Source of the DNA: a virus | Taxonomy: Duplodnaviria; Caudoviricetes | Direction: 5' to 3' (one strand) | Length of the DNA: 64,000 nucleotides | Virus record (IMG/VR): IMGVR_UViG_3300030330_001955 | Coordinates: 1-64,000 of that record | Part shown: positions 18,048 to 25,751 of the stretch, piece by piece | Position numbering within the stretch: the stretch's first letter is position 1 | Layout of the letters: each line of letters opens with the position of its first letter | Made by a program: the position numbers and the translations under genes | Notes under the pieces: generated by a model | Seen by the model: only the letters and a program-made list of their open reading frames with translations | Database searches by the model: none | Told to the model about the DNA's origin: nothing

Positions 18048-18254
18048 TTAGACACCTGCCTTTTTGTATATGTTGATACCCACGAAGATGTCTTCGCCAT
18101 TTACATTTATCTTTTGGTTGCCACTAGAAGTCGCAATCATGGTAGATTTACCACTACCACTCAAGCCAAAGTCTTTTGATGTGTCTACTACTATTGTCAT
18201 TAGACCATTATCATCAATCGAATACTTGATACCTTTACCTACTTCTACAAACAT
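18048..18254 (-). CDS. Conserved hypothetical protein
   Basis: G.S.SGKST.IATS.GN motif. Confidence 0.65.
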   Translation of the reverse strand: MFVEVGKGIKYSIDDNGLMTIVVDTSKDFGLSGSGKSTMIATSSGNQKINVNGEDIFVGINIYKKAGV

Positions 18255-18460
18255 TAGGCAACCTCCTTCTCGTAAGGATTATCTTTTGGACTTCCGTCGC
18301 CATCAAATCCTCGTTGGATAGCTGTGCCATCACAATATCCCACCTTTTTTCTTCGGTGTATTTCTTTTCTGGCTGCCTTGCCTTCTGGAGTTTGGTCGAA
18401 TCTCAACTCCTCGAGTTGCAAGTCAGTCAGTTTCATACTATCAAAATCTATCTGTTTCAT
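18254..18460 (-). CDS. Hypothetical protein
   Basis: Coupled in operon. Confidence 0.55.
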   Translation of the reverse strand: MKQIDFDSMKLTDLQLEELRFDQTPEGKAARKEIHRRKKVGYCDGTAIQRGFDGDGSPKDNPYEKEVA

Positions 18461-18615
18461 CTGCCTTGTCCTCTATATTTTTTATATGAGCGTCGCTTAC
18501 TTTTATTCATTGTTGAAGTAGCACACTTTGTGCGCCTACCTCTACCTCCAACACCTTGTGAGGACGCTTTTCTCACAGATACTTGGAGGGTTGTTGCTTT
18601 AGTCCATCTCGCCAT
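18457..18615 (-). CDS. Small basic protein ending KKYRGQGR
   Basis: S.MNK.KRR.YKKYRGQG motif common in marine phages. Confidence 0.65.
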   Translation of the reverse strand: MARWTKATTLQVSVRKASSQGVGGRGRRTKCATSTMNKSKRRSYKKYRGQGR

Positions 18616-18841
18616 CATCATCTCCAAATGCGTGATAGTCAGGTGGAAGCTTGACACCAGTCAGTTCACACAACCTGTGTAGCATATCTTCATACACTAC
18701 TGTAAGTTGCACAATTTCTTCATTGATTTGCTGTAAATCATCTAAGTTAGACTTAATCGCCTTCTCCAGTTCTTCCATACTCTCACGAAGTTTGTTCGCT
18801 TCTGTAAGAGTAGGGAACTGTATGATATTGTCTTTTGCCAT
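18599..18841 (-). CDS. Coiled-coil hypothetical protein
   Basis: MAKDNIIQFP start, coiled coil. Confidence 0.6.
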   Translation of the reverse strand: MAKDNIIQFPTLTEANKLRESMEELEKAIKSNLDDLQQINEEIVQLTVVYEDMLHRLCELTGVKLPPDYHAFGDDDGEMD

Positions 18842-18947
18842 TATCTGTTCCCCATATCGTGGGTTGCAGTAGCTATGTAGTAAATCCCTACTGTAAGACA
18901 CATACCGATTATTACACCAAATAAGAATATATTAAATAGTTCTAGCA

Positions 18948-19160
18948 CTATGCACTCTCCTTTGGTTTCCAAACCAACTTTACGCCCCTGCGGGTTAATT
19001 CATTTCTGCACTTCTGCACTATTTTTGGTTTCGCATTACTACTATTGATGTAATCAATCAACTCTTGCTTAGGAGTATTTTTGATAAAGTGCTTGGTAGT
19101 AATAACTTTCTTTGTGCCACGCACTAATCTTTTGTCATCTGATTTAAACTTTACTGGCAT
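18948..19160 (-). CDS. Conserved small basic protein
   Basis: KPKI.QKCRNELTRRG. Confidence 0.6.
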   Translation of the reverse strand: MPVKFKSDDKRLVRGTKKVITTKHFIKNTPKQELIDYINSSNAKPKIVQKCRNELTRRGVKLVWKPKESA

Positions 19161-19479
19161 CTTCTTCTCTCCTTAACTTATCTTCTATTTCAACTGACAG
19201 AACGAATTGCAACCTGTCTGCCAACTGTGGGTTATCATTTACTAAGACCTGCGCGAGAGTTGCAATCTGCACGCCGTCTTCACTAATTTTTTGTAGATTC
19301 TCTACTATATTCTTAATCGTTTTGCTACTCATAATTTCCTTTTGTTTCGCTATGATTTCTGTTCGCACATACTGTCCTGCTTTCCTCATGAGCCATGCGT
19401 TGTGTGTCCCTACACCCTGTAGTGCAAAGGCTTGCATACGCCAATCCATGATTTGTTTTTGCTCACTAGATAGTTTCAT
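19144..19479 (-). CDS. Hypothetical protein
   Basis: AGGAG RBS; promoter TTGACA(19551)-17-TATAAT(19523). Confidence 0.6.
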   Translation of the reverse strand: MKLSSEQKQIMDWRMQAFALQGVGTHNAWLMRKAGQYVRTEIIAKQKEIMSSKTIKNIVENLQKISEDGVQIATLAQVLVNDNPQLADRLQFVLSVEIEDKLRREEDASKV

Positions 19480-19600
19480 GCTTACTCCTTTAGAAATCTA
19501 CTATTATTTTATTTATGATATTATTATATCACGCGAAGGGTGGATTGTCAAGAACTATTTTAAGCTGGGCATAAAATTTTGATGTGAAGTTTTTAAGAAC

Positions 19601-20450
19601 AAAAAAATCCCCACGCTGAGTGGGGAACAAAAAACTCGAATGTTGTTTTGTAAAAGCGTGTCCTTCGGCATTGGTGGGCGGACTACAGAGCGACTGAGTC
19701 CATGACCACTCGGGTTCTTTTACGCGCTACCTCGAACCAACCCGATATTCACTAAACCTGTCTATTTGGAAGAGTCGCCGTTCTTATGGTAGTTCGACTA
19801 CTTCAAGCGTCGCAGGTTAGACACTAAGTGATATTCACGCTGTATCTACTCGTCAATCACGCTCTAATTTTCCACTTTTATACTGCTACTCCTATTAGAG
19901 AAGGAACTTACAGCACGGGGCGACAGTCGTCTTCTTCCTCCGTGAGCGACTTGTAAGTAGGTGTCGCTTATACACTACCATAGTATGCACACTATGGATT
20001 TCGGTCAAGAGCCAGTTGCCTGATTTACTGAGTTGGTATGCTACCGCTGAGATTGACCATTTGTTCGCACTTTGCTACCGAATCGGTTTGTTTTGATGTG
20101 CCTCAGTTTTATACTTGCCTTTCGCGACTGTTTACTTTTTCTTAACGGAGTGTTTGCTGTCGCCTTTCCACTCCAAAACTGTTCAATAAAGTGCGAGAGT
20201 TGACCTACTTTACTAAAGTGTTATACCCCGTTCTCTCGCGACTGGAATCCTACAATTACGCTTGGTCTTATCAACTGAAGTATATATCGTTGTGCCAATA
20301 ACCAGTCCACCACTTGTTGAGTCGGCTTAGTGCTGTTATGATACTGAAGTATTCTTCCAGACTTACTGCGACTCAGACTGAGACTTTGACCTCAAATAAG
20401 GAGAGAGCCTCGCTGTCTGTCGAAAATTTACTCTATTTCAATTTTCTATA
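19601..20450 (-). ncRNA. Candidate large (~850 nt) structured ncRNA
   Basis: Perfect promoter (20485-20457), intrinsic terminator TCCCCAC/GTGGGGA plus T7 (19626-19601), no ORF of 60 aa or more, many hairpins, nested 5'/3' long-range helices. Confidence 0.75.
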
Positions 20451-20533
20451 ATGTATATTATACTTGGTTTTTAACCATTTGTCAAGAACTTTTTTATGCT
20501 TTGCTACTAAAAGTTTGACTTGTTTTGAACTTG

Positions 20534-20555
20534 GTGGGGAAGCGAGTTCCCCACT
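20534..20555 (-). terminator. Hairpin terminator after the A2-like gene
   Basis: GTGGGGAA-GCGAG-TTCCCCAC. Confidence 0.6.
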
Positions 20556-20568
20556 CGTTTGTTCGGAA

Positions 20569-20895
20569 CTAGGAAGCGTTGACTTCTAGTTCAAGTGCCT
20601 CACAAAGTCTTTGTAGGTCTTGTTTGCCTGCTTTGACAAGTGTTGGCATTTCCACTCCAAAGTGTTCTACTATCGCACTCACAAATTGTGATTTGCTGAT
20701 TACTGGTTCGCCAGTTTTAGTAGTTCTTGGTTGTGCTTTGTAGATACCCTCTCTTGATAACTTAGCGATAATACTTCTTGTAGTTTTACCGAAAGTCTGT
20801 GCTAAGGCGTCTACTGTTTCCCTTGTAGGGTTTGCTTCGTATTGAGCAGTCATTTGCTCAACCATTTCATCTGTGTAATTTTTAGCTGCTGCCAT
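20569..20895 (-). CDS. T5 A2-like DNA-binding protein (optional 23-aa in-frame extension from 20964)
   Basis: NYTDEM...YEANPTRETVD.LA..FGK..RSIIAKLSREGIY; GGGAG RBS before 20895. Confidence 0.72.
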   Translation of the reverse strand: MAAAKNYTDEMVEQMTAQYEANPTRETVDALAQTFGKTTRSIIAKLSREGIYKAQPRTTKTGEPVISKSQFVSAIVEHFGVEMPTLVKAGKQDLQRLCEALELEVNAS

Positions 20896-20999
20896 GTTTG
20901 AACTCCCATTCATTAGTGAGTCTATCGACTCGATTATTATACTTTTTATTTCTTCCCATTTCATAATATAAATATTATACTATGGTTTTTGTTGGTTTG

Positions 21000-21185
21000 T
21001 CAAGATATATTTGAAGCTGCGCTTAAAATAACTAATATTGAAAAGCAACTTACATTGAGCGTGACCAGTCCAAACACGAAGCGTTCTTCTGCTGATAACT
21101 TACTCCATCTACGCCCCAGCGGGTGTGTCAATTTGAATCTCCACCATGCGGCGTCTACTTTATCTCTTATCATTTCCAAATTCAT
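21000..21185 (-). CDS. Small membrane protein (probably leaderless)
   Basis: ATG 6 nt after TATAAT (21197-21192); C-terminal TM. Confidence 0.55.
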   Translation of the reverse strand: MNLEMIRDKVDAAWWRFKLTHPLGRRWSKLSAEERFVFGLVTLNVSCFSILVILSAASNIS

Positions 21186-21229
21186 ATAAATATTATACTG
21201 TGGAATCTTATGCCAAGTCAAGATATTTC

Positions 21230-21850
21230 TTACGCTTGGCTTAAGATTTCTACAACTTTTGTGATTAGAGCCAATCTGCCATCTGCTTTGTCATTGTAGT
21301 CAATGGTGTGCCACTCGCCTAGTGTAGTCAATACTCGCTCTTTCAAAAGTGTCATCTGGTCGTATTTTGATAAAGCCAGTGCATCATTGGGTGAGAATTT
21401 CCAACTGGTTAGCGGGCTTGATTGTCTTTTCTCAATGCGATACTCTTGTTCTTCTTCGCTGATTGACAACCATAGCTTGATGAATTTTACATCTTGCTGT
21501 GCTTCCCAGTCCAATACTGACGCCATGAAGTCTTCATACTGTTCATCAGAACACCAGCCGTTTAGCTTTTGAACCATTGCTCTTGAATACCAACTTCTGT
21601 CGAATAATACCATTTGATTGTCAGATGGCAGTTTGTGTTGCCATGACTCTAGCCAGTTGTCCATATCCCATTTGCTCGGCATATTGCTGAACGATACAGA
21701 ATACTTGCTAGTTGGTAGATAGTGAGTGAACTCACGGATTGTGCCAGTCTTACCAGCAGTATCTCTACCCTCAAGCACTATCGCAACTTTACCGAAGTCT
21801 TGTGCGACTAGCTCGTTTAGTTTGATTTGTTGTGCTTGTAGTTTTGTCAT
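21230..21850 (-). CDS. ppk2: Polyphosphate kinase 2
   Basis: LEGRDTAGKTGTI Walker A, FDRSWYSR Walker B, IKLWLSIS.EEQ..R, WKFSPND; promoter TTGACC(21926)-17-TATAAT(21898). Confidence 0.92.
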   Translation of the reverse strand: MTKLQAQQIKLNELVAQDFGKVAIVLEGRDTAGKTGTIREFTHYLPTSKYSVSFSNMPSKWDMDNWLESWQHKLPSDNQMVLFDRSWYSRAMVQKLNGWCSDEQYEDFMASVLDWEAQQDVKFIKLWLSISEEEQEYRIEKRQSSPLTSWKFSPNDALALSKYDQMTLLKERVLTTLGEWHTIDYNDKADGRLALITKVVEILSQA

Positions 21851-22335
21851 GTCGTTCTCCTAATCATTTAGAAACTAATTTTTCTAAATATGGGTATATT
21901 ATATCACGCCTTTATGGTTCGGTCAATTACTTTTTAACGCGAGCATTAAAAAATTAACGCCGACAATTTCGGGGGGCGGGACGCGACCTTTGGCGGGTGT
22001 GTGGTAAATTGCTCCAAAAAACGCTAAAATCGTCTAAAAACTACTTAAAACTTCGCATAACCCCGCAAAAGCTCGCGCAAGTTTTTTCTTGACTCGGCAC
22101 TATTGGCCGTGTTATACTATACAGGGTGAGGAGGGAGGGATACCCGCGCGTACACAAAATTTAATCGTCATTTTACTACTTTGGCGCGGGTTCACGCGCC
22201 CCCGTTGCAAACCCTTTGTTTATCGGTGTTTCAGGCAGCTGTGCAGACTGACGAATGCAATCTTTTTTGAGACAATTTTAAAAAATCTCTTGACATGCCT
22301 TAGGTGGTATGATATAATCGGCGCGATTTTGCGGG

Positions 22336-22355
22336 TGTGGATAACCTGTGGATAA
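22336..22355 (-). promoter_or_regulatory. Two tandem perfect DnaA boxes (third, TTATGCACA, at 23030-23038)
   Basis: TGTGGATAA at 22336-22344 and 22347-22355, the reverse complement of TTATCCACA. Confidence 0.75.
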
Positions 22356-22436
22356 GTTTTTTGAAATTTCTTGTGCCAATCCCTTGACAAGCGTCAAAAA
22401 ATCCTTATAATAGTATACATAAATAAGGAGAAAGAA

Positions 22437-22601
22437 ATGGCAGAAATGAAAAAAGTAGAAAAAAGCAAAAGACCAAGCAAAAAAGTTCTCATGGCAGAAA
22501 TCGAGCAAATGGGAGTAGACAAAACAATTGTCGCTTCTCTAGCTAGAGCAAACATTGACACAATGCAATTTGTCAAAGAGCTTGTAGCAAAGTCACAATA
22601 A
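22437..22601 (+). CDS. Small protein, paralog of 24727-24879
   Basis: AAGGAG RBS; K.PSKK.LM.EIE...SL.R.NI; terminator ATACCCGC-AAAA-GCGGGTAT-T7 at 22672-22697. Confidence 0.75.
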   Translation: MAEMKKVEKSKRPSKKVLMAEIEQMGVDKTIVASLARANIDTMQFVKELVAKSQ

Positions 22602-22963
22602 TCGACTGAGCGAGTAGATACCTCAACGCTAGACAGATGTCCCTATTGGCACGGGACAGATGTTGCCAAAAATACCCGCAAAAGCGGGTATTTTTTTATG
22701 CTAACCCCTTGACACGCTTCGAAAAATATGGTAAAATACTAGGGTGGGGGGAGGGATACCCGCAGAGACTCGCCGCCGAAAAAACTTTGAAAAAATTTAA
22801 GAAAACCCTTGACAAGCACCCGTCGCTGTGGTATAATCGGTGCGGTCGCGCGTTTGTAAAACAAAAAATTACTTCATCACTCTACTACTGGCGCAGAGCG
22901 ACACTCGCACGTAATAAAATAAAATCATCGTCACACTACTACTGGCGCGGCTGCGCCGCGGAC

Positions 22964-23012
22964 AAAAAAAAAGCGGGAGCGAATCCACAAATAAATGTGA
23001 ATCCGCTCCCGC
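22964..23012 (-). terminator. Terminator of the putative pre-early operon
   Basis: GCGGGAGCGGATTCACA/TGTGGATTCGCTCCCGC followed by T9 on the minus strand. Confidence 0.75.
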
Positions 23013-23050
23013 GATTTCCCCCAAATATCTTATGCACAGATTTTTGAGTA

Positions 23051-23515
23051 TTAAGCCGAGTGATACAAAAACCAATATTGCGGAGCGGGGCAAGTAAACC
23101 CCAATTCGCTCATAGCTTTTCTTATGTCCGCCCTATCATCAAAGAAGATTTTTTCGCGTTGCTTAACGCTCGGCAAGTTAATCCTCTTTTTGATTTTAGC
23201 TAATTTGTAGGAAACATCTTCGCGGTTATCGTTCCTATCTCTCGACAGAATCAAATCCGCTCCACCTATCCCCAAATTATCGAGCAAGTCTTTATCCGCT
23301 CGGCTCAAAGTTCGAGAAGTGCAAATCCAAGTTCTAATATTAGAATCAGATATACAATCTCGCATAAATGAAATGAGCGGAAGTTCGCTATCGCCCAAAA
23401 TTTGCTCCCTCGTATGAGTTCGCCAATTTTCGAGATTTATTCCGCCCTTTTCATTTGTTAACGCTCTATGAGATGAATCAATTACAGTTCCATCTAAATC
23501 AAAAACCGCAATCAT
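23051..23515 (-). CDS. HAD-family phosphatase (PNK-phosphatase-like)
   Basis: MIAVFDLDGTVIDS, CTSR, K, FFDDR motifs; start trimmed. Confidence 0.85.
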   Translation of the reverse strand: MIAVFDLDGTVIDSSHRALTNEKGGINLENWRTHTREQILGDSELPLISFMRDCISDSNIRTWICTSRTLSRADKDLLDNLGIGGADLILSRDRNDNREDVSYKLAKIKKRINLPSVKQREKIFFDDRADIRKAMSELGFTCPAPQYWFLYHSA

Positions 23516-23704
23516 AAAGACCACCCACAGAACACCCCTAAAGAGAAAGCCACCAAGAAGGTAAATAAAAATCTCCAAAAGTAGCTTTCCGCTCTCCATT
23601 CTTTTTCTCTTAAAGTCATAATTTCTCCCAAAATTAAAGTTAATAAAAGTAGTCGCTAGTTTTTGGAGCGGGGCGACAAGTCCCGCCAACTTCTATGGGA
23701 GAAG

Positions 23705-24490
23705 TTATTTTTTTATTCGCTTCTGCATTTTTGCTTTAGCGGATAATTTCTTTTTGAGCATAACCCAAGAAACAGTTTTTGGATTACCAAGAAAAGTTTT
23801 CTCAAAATCCTGTTTATGTTTTCTTGCGAAATGTCGGGCTAGTTCAAATTCCATCTTCGAATCTTCGAGGGCGGTATGTTGCTCCTCGTATTGCTCCGCG
23901 TCAAAAATCCACCTTGCCATACATTGAGCGGAATACCCATAATTTTTCCCGCTCTTGCTCATAAATTGGAGTTTATCAATTTCATCTAATTCGTTAATCA
24001 TTTTAAAATAATTCAAATTGATTTCCTTATTAGCATAACAATCCATAATGCACCAATTCGGAATCCGCTCGAATTCTCGATATTTCTCATTGTGAAATTC
24101 TAAAACAGTTTTATTAAATGCCTGTTTATCAAAGTTCCAATTATAAGACGCTATCGAATCAGCAAAACCAATATGTTTTGAAATGTAATTCAAAATATAT
24201 TTTAGAGGTTTAATTTTGCTCCGATTCTTGAAAGCGTCATTTAATACATGAGCATATCGCCTATCGTATTTCCAAAATTTCCTTTCGCCTGTTTCCTTGT
24301 CCTTGTAAGTATGGACAAAGTTTTCAGGATTCGAAATTATCTCTTGAACATAGAAATCGAATTCTAGCGGTTGAGAATTGGGCGAGTAAATATCGCCCAA
24401 CGCTCCGCCTATGTTATACGCGAGAAATGGCTTCTCGTTTTTCATAGTCGTTTCAGTATCTATAACAAGTGCGTTATGTCGCTTACGCAT
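23705..24490 (-). CDS. DEDDh 3'-5' exonuclease
   Basis: LVIDTET, SYNWNFD, HTALEDS; start at MRKRH. Confidence 0.85.
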   Translation of the reverse strand: MRKRHNALVIDTETTMKNEKPFLAYNIGGALGDIYSPNSQPLEFDFYVQEIISNPENFVHTYKDKETGERKFWKYDRRYAHVLNDAFKNRSKIKPLKYILNYISKHIGFADSIASYNWNFDKQAFNKTVLEFHNEKYREFERIPNWCIMDCYANKEINLNYFKMINELDEIDKLQFMSKSGKNYGYSAQCMARWIFDAEQYEEQHTALEDSKMEFELARHFARKHKQDFEKTFLGNPKTVSWVMLKKKLSAKAKMQKRIKK

Positions 24491-24671
24491 TATAACCCCC
24501 TTTTTCAAAAAACCCGCTTTCAACGAGTTCATTATAGACCTTACGCCCCTCATCAATCGTATATTCAGTCTCGCCAAATTTACGCTTTTCTGCGGAGTTC
24601 TCGTGATACCATTCATTAAAAGTGGGCGTTTTATGTCCACCAAATGAAAAGTTAAATGATAATTGTTTCAT
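24483..24671 (-). CDS. Hypothetical protein
   Basis: GGGAGA RBS; PTFNEWY.ENS.E...FGE..Y. Confidence 0.65.
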   Translation of the reverse strand: MKQLSFNFSFGGHKTPTFNEWYHENSAEKRKFGETEYTIDEGRKVYNELVESGFFEKGGYNA

Positions 24672-24726
24672 ACAATCTCCCATAAAAAGAGGGCATATCT
24701 ACCAACGCGATACGCCCTCGGTTAAA

Positions 24727-24879
24727 TTACCCTTTCAAGAGTTCACGAATAGCAATTATATTTGCTATGTTAGTTCTCGAAAGAGACACCAAATCAAAAA
24801 CCTTGTTTTTATCAAGATTTTCAATCTCTCGCATTAGCTCCTTTTTAGAAGGTGCTTTTGCTTTCTTTTCCTTTTCCAT
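24727..24879 (-). CDS. Small protein, paralog of 22437-22601
   Basis: GGGAGA RBS; KAPSKKELMREIE...SLSRTNI. Confidence 0.7.
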   Translation of the reverse strand: MEKEKKAKAPSKKELMREIENLDKNKVFDLVSLSRTNIANIIAIRELLKG

Positions 24880-24933
24880 GATTATTCTCCCATAAAAAAA
24901 GAGGGTATGTTCATTAGGCACATACCCAAAAGC

Positions 24934-25281
24934 CTATACAGTAAGAGCATACACGAACAGAAAACCATTCGAGCATATCCCTATAAACTCGCCAACAGCA
25001 TACACCCATTCTGTGCGATAGTTCCTTATAGCTCTCGCCATATAGAAACATAATCCGCACATTACCAAGCCTGTTAAACTTGCTGGAGGTGGAGTTCCAC
25101 CATTCACAAGAACATTAAACAAGCTCGGAAATGTAGCAATGTTTACGAGTATCAAGCCACAAAATACCAAGGTATTATCTACCTTGATTTTTTGCTTTTC
25201 GATTCTTTTCATTTCTTCCAAGTGGGGCAAGTAATCCCGCCCCACAATTCCGAAAGTAGATTTTTTATGTAGTTGTTTCAT
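24934..25281 (-). CDS. Three-TM membrane protein
   Basis: Same ATGGGAGATTGTATGAAACAA start context as 24671. Confidence 0.65.
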   Translation of the reverse strand: MKQLHKKSTFGIVGRDYLPHLEEMKRIEKQKIKVDNTLVFCGLILVNIATFPSLFNVLVNGGTPPPASLTGLVMCGLCFYMARAIRNYRTEWVYAVGEFIGICSNGFLFVYALTV

Positions 25282-25751
25282 ACAATCTCCCATATTAAGT
25301 AGTTAATTAAATTGTCAATTTATCCTGTTTTTCAGTCTGTTAAATAATCTTTTTAACAAGTGGCGAACATTATCGCTTGTCAGGTGGTAGCTCTCGCTTT
25401 TAACCGAGACGCCTAGAGTTTGATTAGTTCCTCGTCATCAGGCTCGGGGTGTTTAATTCTTTTCCTTGAATATATGTATATATTACATGAAAAGTCGCCT
25501 AAATTAAACCTTTTTAACCCTTTATTTTTAATTATTTTTATGAGTGGAAATATGAAAATAGTTCTTGTATTTGATTCAATAGTATGGTAAGGGCGGTTAA
25601 TAGACCTAACACACGCTCACGCTCAGGACCCCTCCGCACGTACAACTTTTGAAAATTTTGCGAACAATCAATTAACGCCGTACAGCGCATCATGATGATG
25701 CTCTTAAAAATTTTTCTTGACAAGGAAGTTAAAATGGAGTATAATTAACCT

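Larger units (their letters stand above)
22089..22837 (+). promoter_or_regulatory. Array of five co-directional sigma70 promoters
   Basis: -35/-10 pairs at 22089/22113, 22290/22313, 22384/22406, 22709/22732, 22809/22832. Confidence 0.85.
22156..22949 (+). repeat. Three copies of an A-tract..TCA..TACTACT(T)GGCGC repeat and two copies of AGGGTG..GGAGGGATACCCGC
   Basis: Copies at ~22156-22188, 22864-22894, 22921-22949; second family at 22123-22147 and 22741-22763. Confidence 0.8.

Noticed and set aside
19601-20450. Group I/II intron or RNase P identity
   Set aside because: It interrupts no gene, has its own promoter and terminator, and I could not find the RNase P GAGGAAAGTCC or intron core motifs by eye.
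22123-22949. CRISPR array
   Set aside because: Only 2-3 imperfect copies with irregular spacing and no cas genes.
22089-23093. Track ORFs 22089-22355, 22278-22508, 22394-22576, 22637-23047 and 22869-23093
   Set aside because: They cross promoters, terminators and repeats and lack RBSs; treated as spurious.
25404-25447. Minus-strand hairpin containing CTGATGA, suggestive of a hammerhead ribozyme
   Set aside because: No correctly placed GAAA core or third stem; at most a structured leader of the pre-early operon.
25555-25610. AAAATAGTTCTTGTAT promoter-like motif near the suspected genome end
   Set aside because: No acceptable -10 at 17 bp. It may mark a terminus or decayed promoter, but this cannot be supported without read data.
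1-25700. Impression that GATC is rarer in the early half than in the late half
   Set aside because: Not counted reliably by eye; needs a computed k-mer scan.
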